Source of the DNA: Octopus sinensis
Lineage: Eukaryota
NCBI RefSeq assembly: GCF_006345805.1
Contig: NC_043005.1
Span: forward strand, 106,950,001-107,014,000
Reading direction: 5' to 3'
Length of the DNA: 64,000 bases
Shown: positions 1 through 11,979 of the stretch, one piece after another
Layout of the letters: each line of letters starts with the position of its first letter
Numbering within the stretch: the stretch's first letter is position 1
Notes under the pieces: model-generated
Told to the model about the DNA's origin: nothing
The model's database searches: none
Seen by the model: only the letters and a program-made list of their open reading frames with translations
Translations under genes and position numbers: made by a program

Positions 1-85
1 CTTCGTGCTTAAATTATTTCTTAACATTCGAAAATTATTTCTTAACATTTGAAAATGTTAAACACATATATTCATCTTCATATTA

Positions 86-623
86 TTGAGTGAGAGAGCA
101 GTGCACACCATCCATGTAACACTAAACTAAAATATACCTGTCATGACTACTCGTCTGCTAAGCGTCCAACAGGCACATGCATCAGAACCATATGTGCACT
201 ACAGACTGATCTCATATCAGGATAAACAGCGCATGACCTTGCAGGTGACGCCCAGTTAGAATTTTCTTTAGGTCGAGTAGCACATTCTGCTCAAAAGGTC
301 CCTGAATAAGGGTTATTTAAGGAACGAAACGTCCATGGGTTCAGACGTGAATTATTCAAACCCAAATGACTTCCCCTCAACACATGATTATGATGCTTCC
401 CCCAATACTTCTGCTCATGATCAGAGATGTACATATCGTCAGCCACCAAAAGACATGCTCAACTGGTTAAGATCAAACAACTGACACACAAATCAGTGGA
501 TATTGAGCAGAATATTTGCTGAAGTCCATATTTTATATCACGACAAAACATATACATGAAAACACTTTCAAAGAGTTAAGATCAGAAACCATGAGAGCCA
601 GTCGCTGGTACTGCATCAAGGCA
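86..623 (-). mobile_element. ~540-bp non-coding interspersed repeat (family X), copy 1 of 3, flanked by TAA-type repeats
   Basis: Reverse complement matches 17338-17715 and 47855-48372 (shared blocks GGCTCTCATGG, CAGCAAATATTCTGCTC, AACCAGTTGAGCATGT, CTCTGATCA.GAGCAGAAGTA; 3' TGCTCTCTCACTCA shared with copy 3). No ORF or tRNA boxes seen. Orientation inferred from the flanking TAA strand. Confidence 0.8.
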
Positions 624-664
624 ATTATTTATTTATATATTCATTATTATTATTATTATTATTA

Positions 665-703
<39 letters not shown>

Positions 704-715
704 TTGCTGTTGATG

Positions 716-753
<38 letters not shown>
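624..753. repeat. Compound (TAT)n/(GTT)n microsatellite
   Basis: Direct reading. Confidence 0.95.
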
Positions 754-755
<2 letters not shown>

Positions 756-1180
756 TACTTTTAATTTGCATGTTTGTTACAATCACTTGCTGAGATACAC
801 CCAGCGTCGTAGTACGTGTAAAGGGTAAAGGATATTACAGTATGACTGAAAGCTTGGGGAGACGAGGTGGCAGGGGCAGCAACGAAATATCTTCATGTAA
901 TACAAAAACAGACAATTAAATTGATAGGGATTCTCTGAGGAAGTGGGCAGTAATTGTTAGCACAATATTTTGGATTTCTCTGAGACACGGTTCTCCTGGG
1001 ATATCATCTTATGTTTTTGACATCCCTTTCTTATCATACCTAGGGTACCCACAATAACAGAAACACTTCTCATTTTAAGATGCCACATCTTTTGTATTTC
1101 AATTTTCAGCTCATATTTACTTAATTTGTCAAATTACTTTATAGATATATTTTTATCAGTGGGAACACTTACATCTATAA
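754..1180 (-). mobile_element. 3' end of R4/Dong-like RLE non-LTR retrotransposon (endonuclease C-terminus + 3' UTR), degenerate
   Basis: Manual minus-strand translation: IDVSVPTDKNISIK*FDKLSKYELKIEIQKMWHLKMRSVSVIVGTLGMIRKGCQKH..IPGEPCLREIQNIVLTITAHFLRESLSI*. Ends in a (TAA)n tail on its sense strand. Confidence 0.8.
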
Positions 1181-1255
1181 AGTGCCACGCAGTGGGACCG
1201 AACCCGGAGCCATGAGGTTCGTAAGCAAGCTACTTACCTCACAGCCACTCCTGTA
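1179..1255 (-). mobile_element. 5' tRNA-like head of SINE family 4, abutting the Dong fragment
   Basis: rc GGAGTGGCTGTGAGGTAAGTAGCTTGCTTACG...CCGGGTTCGGTCCCACTGCGTGGCAC has A/B-box-like motifs; homologous to 11980-12134. Confidence 0.7.
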
Positions 1256-1906
1256 CTAATTGAGCACTAGGGTCGATGTAACAAACTTGCGTACTCCCTC
1301 AAAATGTTGGTGATTTGCCATAATATTAAGCTATTATTAAAACAAACACCACTGCCAATACCACCACCACCACCATCATCATCATCACCGTCATCATTCT
1401 CATCCTCCTCCTCATCATCTTCTTCATCATCATCGCCACCATCATACTGATCATAATGACTCAGTGTCCTGGAGGCATGTATTTCGAGACGTTTCAGCCA
1501 TTGAAAATTCTGTTGTGTCCCAGGACTAAATTCGTTTATTTTTTTATTTTTGTATCATTTATTATTTGTATATTTTTACTTGAATAAAACAAGAAGTTTT
1601 AATGGAATAACAGTAAGCAAAAATTATCAACAAAGAAAAAGTTAACTAAGAATAAATATGAAAAAATAAATTAATAAATTGAAAGAAGCAGATTATTTCA
1701 AAGAAAAGCGTATAACACGTCACCAGTTCTATCTTTTACAGTTATTTCATTGCTTTGCGTCTGTCTGATATTTTAAAATGGAAGCAAAATGCATCAAATT
1801 CGCATTTAGTTTTTTTTATCATATTTGTAATCTCGTGAAATTAATCTGATATTTATTCAGTGAGACATTTTGAATTTTAGCACCACCGACCGCCACCGTC
1901 ACAAAA

Positions 1907-1908
<2 letters not shown>

Positions 1909-1965
<57 letters not shown>

Positions 1966-2022
1966 ATAATAATATAATAATAATAATAATACCACCACCA
2001 AAACTACTACTACTACTACTAC

Positions 2023-2055
<33 letters not shown>

Positions 2056-2113
2056 CACCACCACAACTACTACTACTACTAATAATAATAATAATAATAA
2101 TACCACCACCACA

Positions 2114-2162
<49 letters not shown>

Positions 2163-2300
2163 ATAATAATAATAATACCACCACCACAACTACTACTACT
2201 ACTACTACTGCTACTGATGCTACTGCTGTTGCTGCTACAACTAATACTGCTGCTGTTGCTGCTGCAGATGACGATGACAATGATGCTGGCGTTGCTTGCC
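1909..2300. repeat. Compound (TAC)/(TAA)/(CAC)/(TGC) microsatellite with higher-order periodicity
   Basis: Four units of (TAA)n-TAC-(CAC)3-AAC-(TAC)n. Confidence 0.9.
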
Positions 2301-2339
2301 TCAAGAACAGCAAGAGATCTACAAAGTTGGTGCAATAAT

Positions 2340-3260
2340 CGTCGTTGCTGCGCTTTGCATGTTTTTTTTTCTTTCTTGTAACTGTTGTAGCTCTCTGAGT
2401 TGTGGCTGTAGTTGTTGGTGGTGTTGAGGTAATGGTATTGGCAGTGGTGGAGACCTTCTTCAGTTGCCATTGCTTTCGTTGTTCTTCTGGGAGGCAGGCA
2501 ACTTTCATGTGGTTATTCTTTCTATACTTCTAGCAAATACGTTTTCTATCCTCCAAAATTACATTCAGTTGTGATCCTCTTCGTATCATTATTATTTCGG
2601 AGATTTTGTTTACTGATTCAGGTTTCACCTGAATTACATCCCCCAAAAGATTCAAACCCAAATTTCTTTTCGAAATCATTCTATTTGTAGCAGCGAGCTA
2701 GGGTCTTCCAAAAGCAAATATTTCTCTATAACAGAGAATCTAATTTTGATGGTATTGTTGAGAATGTGACTCAGTGGAGTGCTTCTTGGCTATGTTTTCT
2801 GTGCAGAAAACTACATCGGTTGTATCCGAATTTATGGGAATGTCCCAGAAAATTTATGTCTAACCAAAGATTTTTAAAACAAAGTTCAGGTTAGTCATTT
2901 TGTGGATAAGCATCTCTACAAAATAGTTTTCCTTTCTGTTTGGTTTAAATAGTGTTGTGATATATTGAGCATAACATTTATCTGTTCAAATCTGCTGATG
3001 TATTTTTCGTCCTTCTAAATGGACATGTTTTTTGTCGAATAAGACCAAGTCGAAAACGCTGGCAATCTTGGCAAGATAATTATTTCCATCTGTGTTTTTA
3101 CTGCTGCTCTCTGTAATTGTAACATCTAATGACTTTGCCCCTTCTGTCGTTGTTCCTTTTCCAAACATTATTGCTACTGTTGATGTTGTTACTTTTGATA
3201 ATGCTGCTTTTGTCATTTGCCTTTGTAGCCTTCACCTAAGTTTTTGAACTTTAAAACAAC
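2340..3260 (-). pseudogene. Degenerate gag-like ORF1 with CCHC zinc knuckle, probably from a non-LTR retrotransposon
   Basis: Joining ORF 2986-3216 to ORF 1963-2508 through stops gives ...LNVILEDRKRIC*KYRKNNHMKVACLPEE, i.e. C-x2-(Y for C)-x4-H-x4-C at 2494-2535. No ORF2 follows. Confidence 0.5.
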
Positions 3261-3362
3261 TTTGGCAATGAAAACTCCACACCCACTTCCATAAGAATAG
3301 TGACGACTTTGCTATTATTGCTGTTGTTGCTTCGATGTTGTCGAAATTATTGTTATTCATAA

Positions 3363-3586
3363 GGCGGCGAGCTGGCTGAACCGTTAGCACGCCGGACGAA
3401 ATGCATTATATTCTGCCGTTACGTTCTGAGTTCAAATTCCGCTGAGGCCGACTTTGCCTTTCATCCTTTCGGGGTCGATAAATTAAGTACCAGTTATGTA
3501 CTGGGGTCGATGAAATCAACTTAATCCGTTTGTCTGTCCTTGTTTGTCCTCTCTGTGTGTAGCCCCTTGTGGGTAATAAAGAAAAG
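3363..3586 (+). mobile_element. tRNA-derived SINE family 1 (tail type 1)
   Basis: GGCGGCGAGCTGGC..CGTTAGCACGCCGG head, B-box GAGTTCAAATTC, core GACTTTGCCTTTCATCCTTTCGGGGTCGATAA; at least 9 near-full copies in the window. Confidence 0.9.
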
Positions 3587-3987
3587 GTTATTGTTATTCA
3601 TCGTAGTAACAATAGTGAAAATATTTGGAATTGAAGATCGTGTTGCATCTAACTTAGATCGTTCTTCTTATTTCTCTCTTCAGATTACTAGCTGCTAAAG
3701 CCGATGCCATGCTTTGCTTCCAAAATAAAAAAGTAATCAATTTTCACAAAAATTTGAATTTCAGAGAGCGAGACACAAAGAAACCGACAAGTCTTATGCA
3801 ATTAACCTCTTTCGTATACATAAACAGACATATGCACATATATGTGCCTGTGTGTATATGTGTGTGTGTACGTGGGTGTGAATATGTGTGTGCATGAAGT
3901 TTTGAGTGTGTGAATATGGTAGGGTCCAGTAATAAGCTGAGAAAGCATTACCTCAACATTCAACCCTCTGTAAAATATAGGAAAAAA

Positions 3988-4300
3988 TGGTATTCTGTCG
4001 CTTACGACGGCGAGGGTTCCGTTGATCCCATTAGCGGAACATCCTGCTCGTGAAATTAACGTGCAAGTGGCTGAGCACTCTACTGTCAGGTGTACTCTTG
4101 ACGTAGTTCTCAGAGAGATTCAGCGTGACACAGAATGTGACAAGGCAGACATTTTGAATTAGAAGTACTACTCATTTTTGCCAGCTGAGTGGACTGGATC
4201 AACGTGAAATAAAGTGTATTGCTCAAGGACACAACGCGCTGCTGTGAATCGATCTCACGTTCTTACAATCATGACCCGAAAGCCCTAACCACTAAGCCTA
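3988..4300 (-). mobile_element. tRNA-derived SINE family 2, diverged single copy
   Basis: rc head TAGGCTTAGTGGTTAGGGC...GATCGATTC followed by GCGTTGTGTCCTTGAGCAA; only one copy here, so family status is from recall. Confidence 0.6.
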
Positions 4301-4351
4301 TTCCCTTTGACTCACGTTAATCGGATACGATGTGGAAATAGACAAATGTCA

Positions 4352-4740
4352 ATATTTCTTTTCTACTCTAGGCACAAGGCTTGAGATTTTGGGGGAGGGA
4401 GCCAGTTGATTAGATCGGCCCCAGTACGCAACTGGTACTTAATTTATCGATCTCGAAAGGAAGAAAAGCAAAGTTGACCTCAGCAGAATTTGAACTCAGA
4501 ACGTAACGGCAGACGAAATACCTATTTCTTTACTACCCACAAGGGGCTAAACACAGAGGGGACAAACAAGGATAGACAAACGGATTAAGTCGAATATAAC
4601 GACCCCTGTGCGTAACTGGTACTTATTTAATTGACCCCGAAAGGATGAAAGGCAAAGTCGACCTCGGCGGAATTTGAACTCAGGACGTAATGTAGCCAGT
4701 TACGCATTTTGCCCGGCGTGCTAACGTTTCTGCCAGCTCA
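4352..4740 (-). mobile_element. Dimeric SINE family 1 (full monomer with tail 1 fused to headless monomer with tail 2)
   Basis: Two tandem cores, junction GACGAAATAC|CTATTTCTTTACTAC near 4521; same junction near 32043. Confidence 0.85.
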
Positions 4741-4970
4741 TTGATATTTCTGAGTCGAGACTTTATTAGTGGTAATGGAAAAAAAATGTATCCACTGCAA
4801 ATGTAATTTTTTTACAAACGTACACCTGTAATTTTACAAACAGTTTTGTCACCAGTTGCTGTTAGTCGTTTATGCTTATTTACAACCTAATAAGATTAAT
4901 CCTGCAGATCTGTTCTTTGGCATACTAGTAAATTTCAGCTATCAAACAATAAGAACGTTAACAACAAAAC

Positions 4971-4971
<1 letters not shown>

Positions 4972-5055
<84 letters not shown>

Positions 5056-5085
5056 GGCTGCTGCGGCTGCTACTGCTGTTGTTGT
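4972..5085. repeat. (TAC)n-(TGC)n-(GTT)n microsatellite at the tail of SINE family 3
   Basis: Direct reading. Confidence 0.95.
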
Positions 5086-5422
5086 TGAGCGAAGCGGTCT
5101 TCGTCCCAGAGTGGGAGAAATCCGAAGCGTGGTCCTTTGCTATTCGTAAGACCCGCAGAAGAGAAAGCAGGTCAACCCCCGACACCGAGAGCATCGATGG
5201 ATGGATGAATGCGTAGGAAGTCGGGGATAAGAAACTGGAAGAAAGAGTGAGAGAAAGTTGGAGCGAAAGAGTACAACAGGGGTCGCCAACACTCCCTACC
5301 GGAGCATCGTGGAGCTTTAGGTGTTTTCGCTCAATAAACACACACAACGCCCAGTCTGGGAATCGAAGCCCCGATCCTCCGACCGCGAGTCCGCTGCCAT
5401 AACCATTGGGCCATTGCGCCTC
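5078..5422 (-). mobile_element. GC-rich tRNA-derived SINE family 3, full length
   Basis: rc head GGCGCAATGGCCCAATGGTTATGGCAGCGGACTCGCGGTCGGAGGATCGGGGCTTCGATTCCC; (CAA)n tail; closely similar to 10921-11272. The ORF-track similarity between 4958-5425 and 10974-11471 comes from this repeat. Confidence 0.85.
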
Positions 5423-6070
5423 CACTTTCTGCTGCTGCTTCTAGTTGCAGTTGCTAAATATACAGATCGTATGGAAACTATAAATGTCTAGCAATAATTC
5501 AAATAATAATAATGGACTTCGATGTTTTTTATTATAAGACATTGATATTGTAGAAAGTTGCTTATGGGTAGATTGCATACAAGGATACTTTCATAGCATA
5601 TACCGCACTTAGAATTCATATAAATATCAGTCAAGGTTTGAAATGAAGGTTACACATCACATTCACCACAATAGTACCCTGATCAATTAAAATATTCATT
5701 AACCAACAGTGTTTCATTTAAATCACGTATCAATCGTTCGATATGATATTTGCCCAACATAAACTTTTCAACCCTCGTATGAATAACTACATTCGTTTTT
5801 TCCCCGCAACTTCTCATTATCTTCAGACATTATCCTATATAAGAAGCACTGCTAAACTTTACAATTCGTTTTTGTAGTTATCCAACCCTTCAGTAATAGG
5901 AACTCGAAATACAAGGAAATGTATCTTCTTGTGGAACTGACCAAAATACATAAAGAACTATTTCCCAGCACTGTTGAATACATTGTGAATATGTAAGACA
6001 AACAGATGTTTCCCAGGCGTCATCATCATCATCAGCTGCTATCATATTTACATATCAAGTATACGTAGAT

Positions 6071-6094
6071 CTACTACTACTACTACTACTACTA

Positions 6095-6168
<74 letters not shown>

Positions 6169-6192
6169 GTAGTAATGATAGTAGTAGTAGTA

Positions 6193-6249
<57 letters not shown>

Positions 6250-6270
6250 GTAGTAATAATAGTAGTAGTA

Positions 6271-6325
<55 letters not shown>
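6071..6325. repeat. (TAC)/(TAA)/(TAG) microsatellite
   Basis: Direct reading. Confidence 0.95.
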
Positions 6326-7779
6326 ACAGGCATACACATATACACCCAGTGACAAACATTTATATTTTAGCTGGGTATCAAGTATTACGGTTATGAATCC
6401 AACCTACTATCTGCTACCTCCATCCTACATCTGCTCTCATCTGCTGCCATCGCATTACACATTCCTTACACACGGCAGCGATATCCTCAGTCTTTTGCTA
6501 TGAATTACCATCTTCACATGTTTTTAACATATTGGTGTAATTTCACTTTGTTTAACACAACCCATCTCCCGTAAAATGTTATTCACAGACTTCCCAGTAT
6601 CTCAGTATCCTATACAATCATAATAAGCAAGATAAAAAGAAAAATATACATTTAAATGCAAACATCTATCATTTTGATACTGTTAAAATAGAAAAAGTAA
6701 TAAAAAAAAACAAGAAGAAAAAAAAGCATCGCATCTAAATATATCGACCTAGATTTAAACTAAAATAATAAAAACTCGTAAAAAAGTTTTGTTGTAACCG
6801 AGCCTTTCAGTGTCAATTTATTGTATTACCGTTTTGCTTTCTTTCCCAGAGAAATATGATTTATCAACGATAGTGCGCCTTGAAGTTTAATATTATCACT
6901 GCTGTTAATATTATTATTCGTGGTGGTGGTATGTTGATGATGGTGGCTTTTTTTCTGTAATTTACTTTAATATTTATCTATGATTTAATAAAAAAATAAA
7001 TAAATGAAATAAAATAAAAAAGAGGAAAATGAAAAGACAAGTTTCACTTACATTTATTTGCTGTTTGAAATTTGAAATTGTAGAGTATCGTGGTTGGAGC
7101 AGCTGTGTTTTAGAAAATAAAAAAACGACTAAATAAATTATAAATAAAAAAAGAAAGGAAGTGTTGAAAAGATGGATTGGTAGGATGTAGAATAAGATAT
7201 TTTATTAATGAAAACAAAAACTACAGACCGAGAAAAATAAATGAATAATATAAATTTTAACATGGTGGGAATGAAAAAGATAGGAAGAGAAAAAATTGTA
7301 CTGAAATTACGAAGAGGTAAACTATTCTTTATTAGGCCACCCATCACTTCGTATGTTAAACATATCCTTTTACTGTACTTTTATTTTGATTCATACTATG
7401 TACTTCGGGGAGCAGAGACAGAGAGTAAGTAAAATATTGTCCTATATGTCAAAATAGTAATACTGTTTCAATACTGAGTCATAGATACTTTATTTCACAT
7501 AGTGAGTTATTTGATAACTGATTGAGTGGAATAAGTGATGGGCATTTTGCACATGATACTTGAATTCTGAATTCACTAATGTTATTATGTTGTGTATCTA
7601 GGGAGACATTGTGTCTAGAGAGAAATATTTATTCTACATGGGCTTAGGTCACTAAAAAGGAATTGATAGCAAAAATTTACCAAGAATCTCTTTTTATCTC
7701 AGGACTGATGTTGTCATATCCAGGAGAGTCATCACATCCACTTCATATAATAAAACTCTAACTAAAACATGGCGCTCAA

Positions 7780-8220
7780 ACTGTATCTCAAGTGTTTGGC
7801 GGCATATAACACTCATACACTTAATAGTCAGTTAAAGAATGAACGTGACAACATATCATTTTCAAATCTCTCATTAAAATATCGAGACAGTGTAGACAAA
7901 AAATAAACTAATAGATATTGTCGTCTTTGAGGAAGGTAAAAATAATACAGTTAAAAATATGCTTAACTAAACAGCATAAGGTATGATGTATCTTACGGAT
8001 TGAATCTCGAAATAACATGATATCTGTTATCTCAAAATCCATCTAGGATTTTTCAAATATCCATACCAAATTTTCTTACGATGGTAAAGATCAAGATTAA
8101 AGGTGGTGTTCAACAAGATTCTCGAAATCCCTCACTCTAATTATTATCACAAATGTAATAGGGGCAATTATAGTAACTATAAGACTATAATTATTGGCAA
8201 CATATCTCTCTCATTATCTC
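7780..8220 (+). pseudogene. Possible ancient non-LTR RT relic
   Basis: Broken frames give HIIFKSLIKISRQCRQK and VKIKIKGGVQQDSRNPSL, resembling the RT motif GVxQGDxxSPxLF; many stops. Confidence 0.25.
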
Positions 8221-8404
8221 AAAGTTGAATATGACAGTGTATTATGTTTTACAGGGAATGGTGCAGTTCCGGAATGAGTAGCTCGCGGGACAAGGACTCT
8301 GTACGATCGAAATTCTTTCTTTTTATTCTGAGTTCAAATCCTTTTGGGGCCAACGTTATTTGTCACAAAATGTGTAACATTATCGTTGCACGAAAATCAA
8401 AGGG

Positions 8405-8573
8405 GTTTTATATATATATATAATATATATATATATATATGCGTGTGTGTATCTGTGAGTGAATATATGTATGAATGTACATACACATACATACACACAC
8501 ACACACAAACACACATATACATATATATGTATATATGCCCACACATTTACATATATGTGCATATATCCAAGAA

Positions 8574-8614
<41 letters not shown>

Positions 8615-8622
8615 CATATATA

Positions 8623-8689
<67 letters not shown>

Positions 8690-8690
8690 G
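8405..8690. repeat. (TA)/(CA) microsatellite block
   Basis: Direct reading. Confidence 0.9.
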
Positions 8691-9812
8691 ATATACACCG
8701 CTCAGAAGAGAGAGAGAATGCAAGAGACAGAGAGGTGGTGATATGTTGTGTTCTATTGATGCCACTAATGCTGTTATTATGCGCATCACTGACCTTAATG
8801 AAGTGAAAAAAACTCAACATCCGGGAATCGAACACATTCCTATATTTTGTAAAGATACCAAGCTAGTTTTAAAAGGAAAAAGCCGCCGTTTAGATTTCAA
8901 TGATCAGTGTGCGGAATTTTACGCTTAGAAGCGGGTACATATCTGAGTAAAGTATCCAGAAAAATATAAAATATAGCTATTAAATGTAAAAGCAATAACA
9001 GCAACGATAATAACAACAATAACAATAATAATGATAACAACAATAATAAAACAAAATCAGGAGAATAAAACTCTGAATTCTAAATAATCAAAATCTGAAA
9101 ACCTCTTGTTGAAATCAAGGGAAGGACAAAATATCACAAAAGCAAGAAAAAATGGATTGAAATTATATTTATTAGAAAAAAGAAAATCAACATATGAAAA
9201 AATAAAAACAATAAAAAACGTTGATTTAAAATGAATTAAGGAAAAATAAAATAGTAAAAACAAACAAACATTATATATACAAAGCGGGAGAGAGAGAGAG
9301 TGAGAGGAAATGAGAAAAAATAACAATATATAAACACAAATTTTTATTTTTTTAAGTAGTTTCGCTTCGAAATCACTGATAGAAGTTGATATGAGTAAAA
9401 ACAGTTTTTTTTTTCCATTGAATGATTGTGAAAAATATAGAAGAAACAAACCCAACATAGAAAAACAGATAAAAACTTCACAAATACAAAAGAACACACT
9501 TGAACACAGAGATACACACAAACATATATATATATATATATATAATATATATATATATACAGTTATATACATATATATGTAAATACAAACATATAATGTG
9601 TGTGCGTGTGTGTATTGGATGTGTATGTGTGTATACAATGAATGAAAGGATATAAGACTAGAAAGAACAACAACAAAAAAACGAAAAATAATTTAATCAA
9701 AATTAAATAAAACGGACAAACGTAGAGTGAAACAAAATGTATCTCATAAACATTTCAATGAAATAATTAAATGAGAGTGTGTATATATGTGTACATGTGT
9801 GCACATATACAT

Positions 9813-9895
<83 letters not shown>

Positions 9896-10194
9896 CATAC
9901 ATATATATATATATGTTTATATATATATATATGTGTGTGTATATATATAGAGAATATATATACACATGTTATGCATAGAAACTTACACACACGTACACAC
10001 ACGCACGTGCGCACACATATAATGGAATAAATGGATGGGTGGAACGAGAAATCTGGGGGAGAATAAAAGCATTTAAGTAGAAAAAATATTTAATCAAATC
10101 AAATGAAGCTGTTTGAAGGGATAATTCTGTCCGTTTTAAAAATTCACATTTATGCGTATATTTCCATAAAATCTCATTATTGTTGCTTTATTGG

Positions 10195-10501
10195 TTAGTA
10201 GCCATCGTCAGCAGCATTATCATCAGCAATACCATCATTATCACGATCATTATCATTCCATCACAACTATCATCATTATCCTCCTCCTCCTCATCATCAT
10301 CATCATTATCTTCATCCTTCATCAGCATCATAATCAGCAACATCATCACCACCACCATCATCATCATCATCATCATCATCATCACTATCACCATCCTCCT
10401 CCTCCTCCTCATCGTCACCATCGTCATCGTCATCATCATCATCATCATCCTCGTCATCGTCGTCATCATCATCGTCATCGTCATCGTCATCGTCATCATC
10501 G

Positions 10502-10550
<49 letters not shown>

Positions 10551-11900
10551 TATAAACACCCTAATTAGTATCATCGTCAGCAGCGGCAGTAGCAATAAAC
10601 CACATTATCATCATCCTTTTATTTACAGACATCATCATTATCACCATCATAATCCTCTTCGACAACAAAAGAAACAGCATTATTGTGTTCTTCACCAGCA
10701 TAATCATCATGATCGCGTCAATGGTAGCGTCAATGGTAATGACGACGATGTTGATGGTGGTTCTGCTGTTGCTGATCATTATTTGCGTAATCATCCAAGT
10801 TGTCATCATCGTCATTCTCATCCTGATCATCATAATTAAAATCACTATCGTCATCATCGTCATCGTTACATAGCAATCGTTATTTTCATTTAAAAAAAAT
10901 CTCATCATATGTAGCATCATGGGGCAGTGGACTCGCGGTCGGAGGATCGCGGTTTCAATTCCCAGACCGGGCGTTGTGTGTGTTTATTGAGCGAAAACAC
11001 CTAAAGCTTCATGAGTCTCCGGCTGGGGGAGGTGGCGACTCCTGTTGTACTCTTTCGCTCCAACTTTCCCTCACTCTTTCTTCCAGTTTATTGTCCCCGA
11101 CTTTCTACGCAACCGCTGAGCCTGGATGCGCATTCATCCATCCGTCGATGCTCTCGGTGTCGGGTGTTGACCTGCTTTCTCTTCTGCGGGTCTTACAAAT
11201 AGCAAAAGACCACGCTTCGGACTTTTCCCACTACGGACAAAGACCGCTTCGCTCAACAAACAAACAAACAAGCAGCAACGACATCAACATCATCATATTT
11301 ATTGGCATCGCCATCACCATCGTCATCGCCATCACCATCGTCATCGCCATTATCATCATCATCATCGTAATCGTCAACGTGGCAGTCGTTCATCGTCGTT
11401 GCTGTCATCATTCTCACATTTATGATCAACATGATTTTTATCACAGTGATTCTCATCCTCTTCATCGCTGACATCGATATCATCTTCATCACGTCGGTCA
11501 CTGTCGTCCTCTTCGTCACTACCACCACCACCACCGCCGCCGCCACCATCATCATCATTCTACCCCTCACCTTCCCCTCCCCCTCCTCCACCTCATGATA
11601 ATGATGATCATCATCATTATCATTATTCATATGGCCGTGATTTTCATTACCAACATTATCATCGTCAACACATCCACCATCCAACATACACTTAACCATC
11701 TGTACCAGCATCACCCCTCACACCGTAGTACATGTACATTCTCATCATCTTTTTTTCTCAGTTGTCTGCTATCTTCCGAGTTGCATTATCAAAATATTAT
11801 TCCTTCTTCCCAGCATCGTCTTCATCACCATTATCAACAGGTTCACCATTTCCGTATGACATTCACAATGTCCATCTACATCAGAAGTGTCATTGACTAA
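10195..11900. repeat. Degenerate (CAT)/(CGT)/(CAC) low-complexity tract interrupted by a SINE
   Basis: Direct reading; source of the poly-His, poly-Ile and poly-Met ORFs. Confidence 0.9.
10921..11272 (+). mobile_element. SINE family 3, 5'-truncated copy
   Basis: Homologous to rc of 5078-5422; (CAAA)n tail. Confidence 0.85.
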
Positions 11901-11979
11901 TACATTGCTGCTAACAACATTCACAATTATGTCTACATCTAATCCCATCGCACTAATTTCCATTTTAACCATGAACTAT

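Noticed and set aside
3363-3440. tRNA genes at SINE heads (also 5360-5422, 1179-1255)
   Set aside because: A/B boxes are present but there is no complete cloverleaf, and each continues into a SINE body.
8743-8928. 61-aa non-repetitive ORF
   Set aside because: Short, starts at TTG, no convincing splice sites or recognisable motif.
10191-10568. His-rich 125-aa ORF resembling a metal-binding or structural protein
   Set aside because: It lies wholly in a degenerate (CAT)n tract, and several frames are open for the same reason.
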